A stretch of DNA of 23,010 bases from the NCBI GenBank assembly GCA_043754515.1, contig JAYUUO010000279.1, forward strand, positions 1-23,010, given 5' to 3'. The notes below the pieces were generated by a model. The model saw nothing but the letters and a program-made list of their open reading frames with translations. It was not told where the DNA came from and made no database searches. The position numbers and the translations under genes are program-made. How positions within the stretch are numbered: the stretch's first letter is position 1; every line of letters starts with the position of its first letter. Positions 8,694-16,999 of the stretch are shown here, in pieces. This DNA comes from Armatimonadota bacterium (lineage in GTDB: Bacteria > Armatimonadota > Armatimonadia > Armatimonadales > Armatimonadaceae).

Positions 8694-9878
8694 TCACTGC
8701 TTACGGCGCAGTCCTAGCACGCTTAAAAAGAACGAGAACAGGATCGTCTGGAACCCGATCAGGATCGCGAACAGCGACGGAATCGCGATGCGGAGCAGGT
8801 GTCCCGGCTCCTGCGGCCCGAATCCGCTCCCGCGCCACTCCGCGAACGCCCACAGCGCGCCGCATAGTCCTGCGACGGCGAGTAGCGCGCCCGCGATCAG
8901 GCCCGATTCCAGTGTCACGTAGCGGAACAGTTTCGACAGGCGCGGGTCATCGGGTAGCAATCCTTCGGTGATCGCGAATATCTTGGTGAACAGCGCGAAC
9001 ACCACGGACTGGTAACCGAGTGCCACCGCGATGGCCGCGAACAGCAGGGTGTGGACGTCGAACACGAGCCGCCCGATCCGAATCGGCCCCGGCAGGAGTG
9101 CCAGCCCGACGCCTAACCCGGCGACGATGGTGACGAGACCGGGGTACAAAAACAGCCAGCGCGGCGAGTACATGAGCAGGAAGCGCAGGTGCCGCCAGCC
9201 GTCCCGCCACGAGCGCAGGTGCGGCGGGCGAGACCGGCCATCGGGCGCGAGCGTGGTCGGCACTTCGGCAATTCGCATTCCGAAAATCGTCGCCTTCACA
9301 ACCATCTCGGACGCGAACTCCATGCCGGTCGTGCGCAGATCCATCCGCCGCGCCGCGTCCCTGCTGAAGCCGCGCAAACCGCAATGAAAGTCGCCGCACG
9401 GGGACGGGAAGAGCAGTTTGCCGATTCCAGTCAGCACCGGGTTCCCGAGATAGCGGTGCAATGGCGGCATGGCACCGGGCGCGATCCCGCCCTTGAACCG
9501 GTTGCCCATCACGAGGTCGTAGCCCTCGCGTAGCTTCTCGACGAACGGCATCAGGTTCGTGAAATCGTATGAATCGTCGGCGTCGCCCATGATCACGAAC
9601 CGCCCCCGCGCGTCCGCGATCCCGCCCATCAACGCCGCGCCGTACCCCTTATCCGCGACCGAGACGACCCGTGCGCCGCACCGCGCCGCGATGTCTTGCG
9701 AGCCGTCCGTGGAGCCGTTATCGGCGATCAGCACCTCGCCAGACACGCCGCGCGAGTCGAGAAAGCCGCGCGCCTTGCGCACGCAGACTTCGAGCGTCTC
9801 GGCCTCGTTTAAGCAGGGCATCAGGATCGTCAGTTCGGGTTGGTCGGGTGGGGCCGTGGCGGCGTCGGGGGTGATCAT
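8694..9878 (-). CDS. GT2 glycosyltransferase (polyprenol-phosphate sugar synthase, DPM1-like) with C-terminal TM helices
   Basis: ILMPCLNEAETL, IADNGSTDGS, GYGAAL, MGDADDSYD, DFHCGLRGF, GMEFASEM, RSWRDGWRHL, followed by four hydrophobic helices. Confidence 0.93.
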   Translation of the reverse strand: MITPDAATAPPDQPELTILMPCLNEAETLEVCVRKARGFLDSRGVSGEVLIADNGSTDGSQDIAARCGARVVSVADKGYGAALMGGIADARGRFVIMGDADDSYDFTNLMPFVEKLREGYDLVMGNRFKGGIAPGAMPPLHRYLGNPVLTGIGKLLFPSPCGDFHCGLRGFSRDAARRMDLRTTGMEFASEMVVKATIFGMRIAEVPTTLAPDGRSRPPHLRSWRDGWRHLRFLLMYSPRWLFLYPGLVTIVAGLGVGLALLPGPIRIGRLVFDVHTLLFAAIAVALGYQSVVFALFTKIFAITEGLLPDDPRLSKLFRYVTLESGLIAGALLAVAGLCGALWAFAEWRGSGFGPQEPGHLLRIAIPSLFAILIGFQTILFSFFLSVLGLRRKQ

Positions 9879-10131
9879 CGCCCTTTATATTATCGCGGAA
9901 TGAAGGGCGTAGTGGAACGGTGCGCGTCGGGAGTGCTTCGTTCGGGTCAGTCGTCGCGCTTAGGGGAGAGGGGGCAAGACAACCGAACCGCGCCGACCGG
10001 GAACGTCTACGCACCTGCGCCGCGAAGCATCCGCGGTCAAGGAACCGGACTATGCCGTAATCAGTTCACCTCGTTGTGTCCGGCAGCCCGCTTGTGGTAT
10101 ACGGTACTAGTGAGTCTGACGAGTAACCCGC

Positions 10132-10491
10132 ATGTCTTTAGAACTAGCCCCCGAAATCGAAAGTGCTGTACGCGCCTACGCTGACCGCGAAGGCGTGAAT
10201 GCCAGCGAATATATCGCCCACCTTTTGCCGTATGTGACGCCGGAGCGAACCCCCCATGCCGGTGTCCAGGCCCTGCTTTCCAGGTGGCAGGCGCAAGATG
10301 GTACGCCGACTGCCATGCCCGCGCCCAATGATGCCACGCTGACTCCCTCGGAATCTCTGTTCAAGGAGTGAGAGAAGGAAGATGAAAATCTAACCGATGC
10401 CGAGCGTAGTGCGCAAGCCGTGCTCTGGGAACAGTTTCAGCAAGGCATCAACGCCGAACGTGCGGCCACCGTCATGCGGCCCATTTTTTGA
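10132..10491 (+). pseudogene. Putative antitoxin interrupted by an in-frame TGA
   Basis: RHH-like N-terminus MSLELAPEIESAVRAYADREGV. TGA at 10369-10371 is followed in frame by EKEDENLTDAERSAQAVLWEQFQQGINAERAATVMRPIF, ending at TGA 10489-10491, which overlaps the PIN gene start. Confidence 0.72.
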
Positions 10492-10973
10492 TACCTGCCA
10501 TAATATTCCTCGACACGGGTGTTCTGAGCAACTGCGTGGTTCAGATCGGTCCAGTTCGGGGGGCTAGCCGTCCTACATCCGAAACCTGCCGCCAGTGGCT
10601 CACCGATTGCGAAAATAACGGCGCGACCGTTCTCGTTCCCGCCATCGCCTATTATGAGGTTTTACGCGAGATCAAGCGGCGCGGTGCCGCCGCCCAACGG
10701 CAACGGCTTGTGACATAGTGCTTTCAACCAGGACGGTTCGTCCCTTTGATCACGTCACACCTTGAGGATGCCGCCCGACTGTAAGCGCAGTCGCGCAATT
10801 CAGGAAGTCCTACCGCGAGCGACGATGCTCTGGATGGCGACATTATCCTTTGCGCGCAAGTACGGAGTTTCAACATGGATACCGCCAATTATCTGGTAGC
10901 AAGTACGAACACCAAGTACCTATCGCAGTTCGTTAATGCCGAGGAGTGGCAACAGATCGTTTCCAGTCCATAA
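10488..10973 (+). pseudogene. PIN-domain (VapC-like) toxin with two in-frame stops
   Basis: IFLDTGVL...VPAIAYYEVLRE, TAG 10716-10718, ...AARL, TAA 10782-10784, then AQSRNSGSPTASDDALDGDIILCAQ...VASTNTKYLSQFVNAEEWQQI to TAA 10971-10973. All PIN acidic motifs lie in one frame. Confidence 0.88.
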
Positions 10974-10987
10974 ACTAGTTCTACCAC

Positions 10988-11896
10988 CTAGTACCCCATC
11001 CCCCGTAAACACTCCCGACTCACGCGCAAACTCTCCGCCGGCGTCGCCTTCGTCGTGACGTCGGTCTCGACGAGTAGCCAGCCGCCGTACCCCGCCCCTT
11101 TCAGCGCGGTCAGCACGCGTCCGAAGTCAACCGCCCCCTCACCCAGTTCCGCGAACAGCCCGTTTTGCATGAACGTCGCGTACTTCCAGCCCTCCGCGAC
11201 GCCCTTCTCGCGCACGCTGGGGTGGATGTCTTTGAGGTGGATCGCGCCTATGCGCGGCGCGTGCCGCTCGGCGAACGCGCCGACGTCCGCGCCCGCCCAC
11301 GCCAGATGCCCGGTGTCCAGCCCGACGAAAACGGAATCGGGGTCGGTCAGCGCGAGGATTCGCTCGAACTCGGCTTCGGTCTCGATCACGGTGCCGACGT
11401 GGTTATGGAGGCAGGCGCGGATATTCCCCGTGGCTTGCATCGCCGCCCCGACCGCGTTCAGCGTGTCGGCCAGGTGGCCGAACTCAGCATCGGTCAGCCC
11501 GTCGCTCGCAGTGACACGCCCCGCTATTTCCGGGCGCGTGACGCCCGACTTCGTGTGGTAGCCCCAGCCGTCGGCATCCACGAAGCATTCCGACACCCCG
11601 ACTTCGGCGGCGAACGCGGCGAAGCGGCGGGCCTTCTCGACCAGCGGGGCGCGGTTGGCGGACTTCCACGGCTCGCCGCCCGCGAGGTAGGCCGGCGCGG
11701 GGCGCAGGCCGAATGCCGCAAGGCGGGCGACGACATCGGCGGGTGTTTCACCCGTATACGGCCCGGCGGGGACGCCGACATACCCGGCGGCGGCGATTTC
11801 GGTGTAGATGCGCTCGGTGGTGTAGGTTTCGGGGTCGCGCTTTCGGAAGGCATCGTACTGGAGCGGGACGACGCCGACGGGGTTGGTGGTTTGCAT
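10988..11896 (-). CDS. Sugar phosphate isomerase/epimerase, IolE (inosose dehydratase)-like TIM barrel
   Basis: HNHVGTVIETEAE, LDTGHLAWAG, IHLKD, FAELGEGAVDF, GYGGWLLVETD. Confidence 0.87.
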   Translation of the reverse strand: MQTTNPVGVVPLQYDAFRKRDPETYTTERIYTEIAAAGYVGVPAGPYTGETPADVVARLAAFGLRPAPAYLAGGEPWKSANRAPLVEKARRFAAFAAEVGVSECFVDADGWGYHTKSGVTRPEIAGRVTASDGLTDAEFGHLADTLNAVGAAMQATGNIRACLHNHVGTVIETEAEFERILALTDPDSVFVGLDTGHLAWAGADVGAFAERHAPRIGAIHLKDIHPSVREKGVAEGWKYATFMQNGLFAELGEGAVDFGRVLTALKGAGYGGWLLVETDVTTKATPAESLRVSRECLRGMGY

Positions 11897-12208
11897 GGCT
11901 ATAGACGATTTCAGGCGGGAGCGGGATTCGGGATTCCGCGGCGGTGCCGCGCGCCTATTTTAGCATGTTTTCGGGTAGGCATTCACAGTTCGGGGGAACG
12001 GAAGGTGAACCGCTTCCTGCTCGCGGTTAGGGGCGTTGCGCACTCCCGACCGCGACCACGCCCCCGAACACCCGATTTGTCCCCACCAGCGGCAGCCCCG
12101 TGATCATCGAAGCCTCCGGCTCCAGGTAATGCACCGGCGATTTTGCCGAAGGCGCGGGTACCTAGCTCGCCGGTCATCGCCGTGTACTTCCCGCGCTCAT
12201 CTCCTACC

Positions 12209-13339
12209 CTATTTGGCGAAGTTCTGGTAGGCGAAGCGCGACAGGTCGCGTCCGTATTCGTCTCCTGCCACTCGATCCGCCGCAATCTTCCCAAGCAACA
12301 CGGTGAACTTGAAGCCGTGGCCGGAGCAGCCGCTGACCACATGCACGTTCGGCAAGCCGGTCACCTGATCCAGAATGAAGTCTTCGTTTTCTGTGTTGGT
12401 GTACAGACAGACTTGCGTCCACGTCGCCGTATCGCCCGCATCTGGGAAGCGGCGGCGCGCGACCGCGACCGCGTCGGCGACGGCGGCCTCGGTCGGCTCG
12501 CGCCCGTCGGCGTCGGGGTCCACCCGCTCCCCCGTGACGTGCGACGCGAGTTTGATGCCGGGGACGCGCCCGTCGCTCGGGAAGCCGTAATAGAGCGTGG
12601 CGGCGTCAATCCAGACCGGGAACCGCGTCGGCTCGAACTGCTCTGGGTTCGTCGGCGTCGCCAGGTAGACGACCTGCCGCCGCTCGACCGACAGGGCGGG
12701 CGAAAGCGGTGGCAGGAGTTTCCCGATCCACGCCCCCGCCGCGACGATCACGCCGTCGTAGGACTCGCGCCCGGCTTCGGTCTCGACGAACGGGCGGCCA
12801 CCCTCGGCACCGACTTGGGTGACCACGCACCCCTCGCGGATCTCCGCGCCGTGAAGCCGCGCCAGCCGCGCCTGCGCGAGTACGCACCGGCCCGCGCGCA
12901 GGAAGCCGCTGTCGCGCTGGAACAGGGCTACCTCGTCCGGCGCAAGGCGGAACGCCGGGAACCGCTCCCGCGTCGCCTCCGGCGACAGCACCGCGAACGG
13001 CAGGCCCGCCGCCGCGATGGAATCCCGGCTGGCGACCAGATCTGGATGATCCGGCGGCGCGATCAGCACGCCGCCGCAACGCACGAACAGCTCCTCGCCC
13101 GCCTCCCGCTCCAGGTCGTCCCAGAGCGGATACGCGTCGCCCATCATCCGGGTGAACAGCGGATCGGGGTAGGTGTAACGAATGATGCGCGACTCGCCGT
13201 GCGAACTGCCCAGCGCGTGCCCGACGCGGAACCGCTCGTAGCCGACCACTGCGTGGCCCGCTTTCGCCAGATGACGGCACGCCGCGCTGCCCGTCCCGCC
13301 GACCCCGATCACCGCTATTTTCATAGGATTACTTTCCAC
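12209..13339 (-). CDS. solA: N-methyl-L-tryptophan oxidase / monomeric sarcosine oxidase family flavoprotein
   Basis: IAVIGVGGTGSA (FAD binding), GSSHGESRIIR, CLYTNT (covalent FAD Cys), GCSGHGFKF. Confidence 0.88.
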   Translation of the reverse strand: MESNPMKIAVIGVGGTGSAACRHLAKAGHAVVGYERFRVGHALGSSHGESRIIRYTYPDPLFTRMMGDAYPLWDDLEREAGEELFVRCGGVLIAPPDHPDLVASRDSIAAAGLPFAVLSPEATRERFPAFRLAPDEVALFQRDSGFLRAGRCVLAQARLARLHGAEIREGCVVTQVGAEGGRPFVETEAGRESYDGVIVAAGAWIGKLLPPLSPALSVERRQVVYLATPTNPEQFEPTRFPVWIDAATLYYGFPSDGRVPGIKLASHVTGERVDPDADGREPTEAAVADAVAVARRRFPDAGDTATWTQVCLYTNTENEDFILDQVTGLPNVHVVSGCSGHGFKFTVLLGKIAADRVAGDEYGRDLSRFAYQNFAK

Positions 13340-13686
13340 GTCACCTTTTTTTGTCGAAGTTACAGAGTACCCGCCTGGCGACGACCGCGCGCCCCCGCCA
13401 GCGCGGCGAGCGGGGCTATCTCCTCCGGCGACGGTTCGCCAATTACCTTATCGCTATCCGGGTCCTCCAGATGCGTGATCGGCACCAGTGCGGCTCCGGG
13501 ACTACCACCCATCTCGACGAACCGACATTATAATGGCATAGCGACCGTGAGGTTCTGGACGCGGGGGGGACACCGTCCGCCGCGCCGCGCAAAGATATTC
13601 GGACGCTGATGGCCAACAAATCCGGCGGGGTTCGCACCCCCGCGATCAAGTAACGCTTCCGGTTCGGAGCGAATTTTGTTTTACCG

Positions 13687-14935
13687 TTACTCCGCGAATA
13701 GCTCGTCCGCCGTTTTGAGTTCGTAGCGGTTGCCCGCGTTGGAGCCGTCCGCCGCGAGCGGTTGGATGGATAGCACGCCGATCAGTGCCGTCTCGAGCTC
13801 ATGTCAATCCCGCGCGAAAGCATCAGTGCAGACTTCCGGTCCTTCGCCTGTCGGTAAGAAATCACAAACAGCCCCCTCAAGGCGGCCTGCACCGCGAGGT
13901 CAACCGCCGTCACCGGGTCCACCAGTTCGTTCACGAAAAGGACGTCCGGCGATTGCGCCAGTACTTCTGGAACCTGCGAGTGTATGCTATCGGCGTGAGC
14001 ATGATCCACCCGAATGGTCAACGACCCGGAACTTTTAACGTGGTTGTATAATGCCTGCGCGGTGGCTTTGATTTGTCCCGTGTCGGCCATACTGCCGTGC
14101 AACAGCAACGCGCCGCCGGACTGTCGCCCGGCGACCAATAATTCGACTAGATAGAGAGGAAGTTCCGTTGCGTTCTCCGTCCGCTGATGCTGGCGTTATC
14201 GCGGTAGTATTCACCGGCGATTCGCGTCTCCTTCACATCGGCCCCCAGCGGCACCAGTTTGTAGCTCGGGACGCGGACCCGGCAATCGTAGCCACCCTCC
14301 GTATTCGTGTGGAAGTGAACTTCCATCGCCGCGAAGTCACGTACCGCCCGCAACAGGAACCGCTTTGCTGCTTCCTCGCGTAATGCCATCTCCTCCTGTT
14401 CCGCAACCGCTGTTGCTTGCGCGGCATCATTCAATTGGGCATAGTATTCTAGTTCGTGTCCAGAGTAGTCGAGGTGGTCATCCCCTGTCTCGGGAGGTGT
14501 TAGCTCGGCCGGAGGCGGCATCCACGCCGACATTCGCATCGCTTCGTCTTCCAAACTGATCACCCGATCCGCCATCGCGAGCCGTGCAAGCAGTTCCTCT
14601 ATGTCGAACGGCGCGGGCAGGAGATCGTCCGCGCCCGCTTCCGAAGCCAGGCGGCGGGCCTCGGAGCGATCCCGCGTCGTGAGCAGGATCACGAACCGGT
14701 ACGGGTCGCCCGGCTTCCGTAGCGCGCGTAGCCGGCGCATCAAAATCGCCGCGTCCGGCTCCCGCATTACAAGTGCGTCGGCGATCACGACGCGGTAGGC
14801 GTACGCGGTGTCGCCAGCGAGCAATGCGTACGCCTCATCGTCGCCGGTGACGACCCCGGCATCGTGCCCTCGTTTCGTCAGGACGTCGCGCATGTCGTGG
14901 GCTAGCTCGGAAGCGGCTACGATCAGTATCCTCAT
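13687..14935 (-). pseudogene. Atypical receiver domain fused to a degenerate GspE/PilB-like ATPase; two frameshifts
   Basis: The REC fold (MRILIV, VIAD, ILLTT, AGADDLLPAPF) is followed by a GspE-N2-like segment LLRAVRDFAAMEVHF...CRVRV. After a shift at about 14147-14205 come GGALLLHG and LAQSPDVLFVNELVDPVTAVDLAVQAALRG. After a shift at about 13803 comes HELETALIGVLSIQPL, ending at TAA 13689-13687. Confidence 0.68.
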
Positions 14936-15633
14936 GCGACGGGCGCGACTTCCTCTGTGTCTCCGTCGGCGGGCACGCGCGACGCGGGTAACACAACTTT
15001 TCGGTAAATGTCGAGAAGCGGGAGCGTGACGCTTACGGAACGCAGGAAGGCGATCTCTGCCGCGCCTTCCGCGACCTCGTATATCCAGCGGGTTGCATCG
15101 CCGCTACCCGCCGGGCGACTGTATACCTCGATTCGCGCGGTGTCCTGTGACACCAGTACGTACTCGTAGAGCGAAGGGATCGTGCGGTAACTGGCGAATT
15201 TGTCGCTCCAGTCGTAGTCCGAGGTGCTCCGGGAAAGAACCTCCACGATCACGGTCGGGTTGAGTAGCGTATCCACTTCGGAGTCCGTGAATACGGGGTC
15301 GCCGCACACCGCGACGACATCGGGGTAGGTATACGGGTTCGTCAGCGGGGTTTGGACGCGAATATCGCTAGGATACACTTCACAATCCTCGCGACCGGCG
15401 AGCGCGAGATTCAAGACAGTAACGATATTCCCGACGAGCAGATTGTGGAACCGACTGGCACCAGACATTTCGCGTACCTCCCCGTTGACATATTCGTGCT
15501 TATCCAATGCCGCGCGTTCGCGTACCAGATACTTCCTCGCGCTGACGAACGCGGGGCGGGGTATGTAAGAGTCGTCCTTAGCCGTGGACGTTTTACCAAC
15601 GTGTACCGGCATTTCCAGCATCGCGGTTGTCAT
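14932..15633 (-). CDS. Uma2 (DUF820) family endonuclease
   Basis: KHEYVNGEVREMSGASRFHN, YPDVVAVC, NPTVIVEVLSRST...DK, YRTIPSLYEYVLVSQD. Start placed at ATG 15633; the ORF extends to 15690. Confidence 0.92.
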   Translation of the reverse strand: MTTAMLEMPVHVGKTSTAKDDSYIPRPAFVSARKYLVRERAALDKHEYVNGEVREMSGASRFHNLLVGNIVTVLNLALAGREDCEVYPSDIRVQTPLTNPYTYPDVVAVCGDPVFTDSEVDTLLNPTVIVEVLSRSTSDYDWSDKFASYRTIPSLYEYVLVSQDTARIEVYSRPAGSGDATRWIYEVAEGAAEIAFLRSVSVTLPLLDIYRKVVLPASRVPADGDTEEVAPVA

Positions 15634-15673
15634 ACGGTCAGTCTTCTTCCGGGGCGGCCTGGACTCGAACAGG

Positions 15674-16951
15674 TTAGCCGATCGTCTCACGCCCGCCCAG
15701 ATACGGGCGGAGCGGCGCGGGGATCGTGATCGTGCCGTCCGCGTTCTGGTGCGTTTCGAGCAGGGCGGCGACCACGCGCGGCAGTGCTAGGCCCGACGCG
15801 TTCAGCAGGTGCGGGAACTCCGGCTTCGCCCCGGCGTCGCGACGGAAGCGGATGTTGCCGCGACGCGCCTGGAAATCGGTGCAGTTGGACGCGGACGAGA
15901 CCTCGAGCCACTTGCCCATGCCGGGCGACCACGCCTCGACGTCATACGTCTTCGCCGCCGCGAACGAAATGTCGCCGCCCGCGAGCCGTAGCAATCGGTA
16001 CGGGATCTCCAGCGCGTCCAGAATCGCGCACGCCTCGCCGGTCATCTCCTCGAGCGCGGCGTCGGAGTCCTCGGGGAACACGTAGCGGAAAATCTCTACC
16101 TTGTCGAACTGGTGGATGCGTTGCAAACCCCGCGTGTCCTTGCCCGCCGCGCCCGCCTCGCGCCGCCAGCACGGCGTATGCGCCATGTACTTGAGCGGGA
16201 GCATCCCCGGTTCGAGGATCTCGCCGCGATGGATGTTCACCAGCGCGGGTTCGGCGGTCGGCAAAAAGAACAGGTCCGATTCGTCGTCGCGGTACATCTC
16301 CGACGCGAACTTGACCAGGTGCCCCGACGCCGTGACCGACTCGCGGTTCAAAACATATGGCACTCCGACTTCAGTGTAGCCGTGCTTTTCGGCGTGCGTT
16401 TCGAGCATGAACGCTATCAGGGCGCGTTGCAACCGCGCCCCTAAGCCCTTGTACAGGACAAAGCCCGATCCGGCGAGTTTGACGCCGCGCTCAAAATCCA
16501 CCAGGCCGTGCGCCTCGCACAGTTCCCAGTGCGGCTTGGGCGCGAAATCGAACGGTCGAAAGAGCCGCGACGCCGGGGCGATCTCCACCGCGTCCGCCTC
16601 TCCGCCCGCCTGAACGTCACCCAGCGGCGTGTTCGGGAGTTTGCTGACTACGGCCTCCTGCGCTGACTCCATCTCTTTCAAGCCGTCTTCGAGAACCGCG
16701 ATCCGCGTCCGTATCGCCGTCGCCTCAGTGAGCAACGCGGTCGCGTCGCCCCCCGATTTTTTCAGGGCGGCGATCTGCGGCCCGAAGCGGTTCTGCTCCG
16801 CTTTGAGCGTTTCCACCTCGGTCATGCGCTTGCGCCGCTCGACGTCCATCGTCAGCAGGTCGTCAATCGCGTCGGCGGCGGCGCGGTCGCGCTTCAGCAA
16901 TGCCGCTTTCACGGCGTCGGGTTCGGTTCGGATTCGTTTTATATCGAGCAT
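15674..16951 (-). CDS. serS: Serine--tRNA ligase
   Basis: MLDIKRIR N-terminus with coiled coil, KPHWE, PTAEP, CWRREAGAAGKDTRGLQRIHQFDKVE, EVSSASNCTDFQARR, LNASGLALPR. Confidence 0.98.
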   Translation of the reverse strand: MLDIKRIRTEPDAVKAALLKRDRAAADAIDDLLTMDVERRKRMTEVETLKAEQNRFGPQIAALKKSGGDATALLTEATAIRTRIAVLEDGLKEMESAQEAVVSKLPNTPLGDVQAGGEADAVEIAPASRLFRPFDFAPKPHWELCEAHGLVDFERGVKLAGSGFVLYKGLGARLQRALIAFMLETHAEKHGYTEVGVPYVLNRESVTASGHLVKFASEMYRDDESDLFFLPTAEPALVNIHRGEILEPGMLPLKYMAHTPCWRREAGAAGKDTRGLQRIHQFDKVEIFRYVFPEDSDAALEEMTGEACAILDALEIPYRLLRLAGGDISFAAAKTYDVEAWSPGMGKWLEVSSASNCTDFQARRGNIRFRRDAGAKPEFPHLLNASGLALPRVVAALLETHQNADGTITIPAPLRPYLGGRETIG

Positions 16952-16959
16952 GTCAAGGG

Positions 16960-16988
16960 ATGGTAGCACGGCACCGCGGGCAGGTCAA
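16960..16988 (-). promoter_or_regulatory. sigma70 promoter of serS, 8 nt from ATG (leaderless or near-leaderless)
   Basis: TTGACC (16988-16983), 17-nt spacer, TGcTACCAT (-10 at 16965-16960), 8 nt, then ATG 16951. No Shine-Dalgarno sequence. Confidence 0.72.
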
Positions 16989-16999
16989 GGCGTCAGCCC

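Noticed and set aside
3902..10784. Stop-codon reassignment or readthrough as the explanation for the in-frame stops
   Set aside because: The internal stops are of all three types, and TAA, TAG and TGA all terminate intact genes in this window. Pseudogenisation is more parsimonious.
11165..13609. Long plus-strand ORFs (312 aa, 488 aa) and similar shadow ORFs elsewhere, such as 7414-8190, 17370-18152 and 19961-20731
   Set aside because: They are antisense shadows of well-supported genes in GC-rich DNA, with low-complexity Arg/Pro/Ala-rich sequence and no recognisable motifs.
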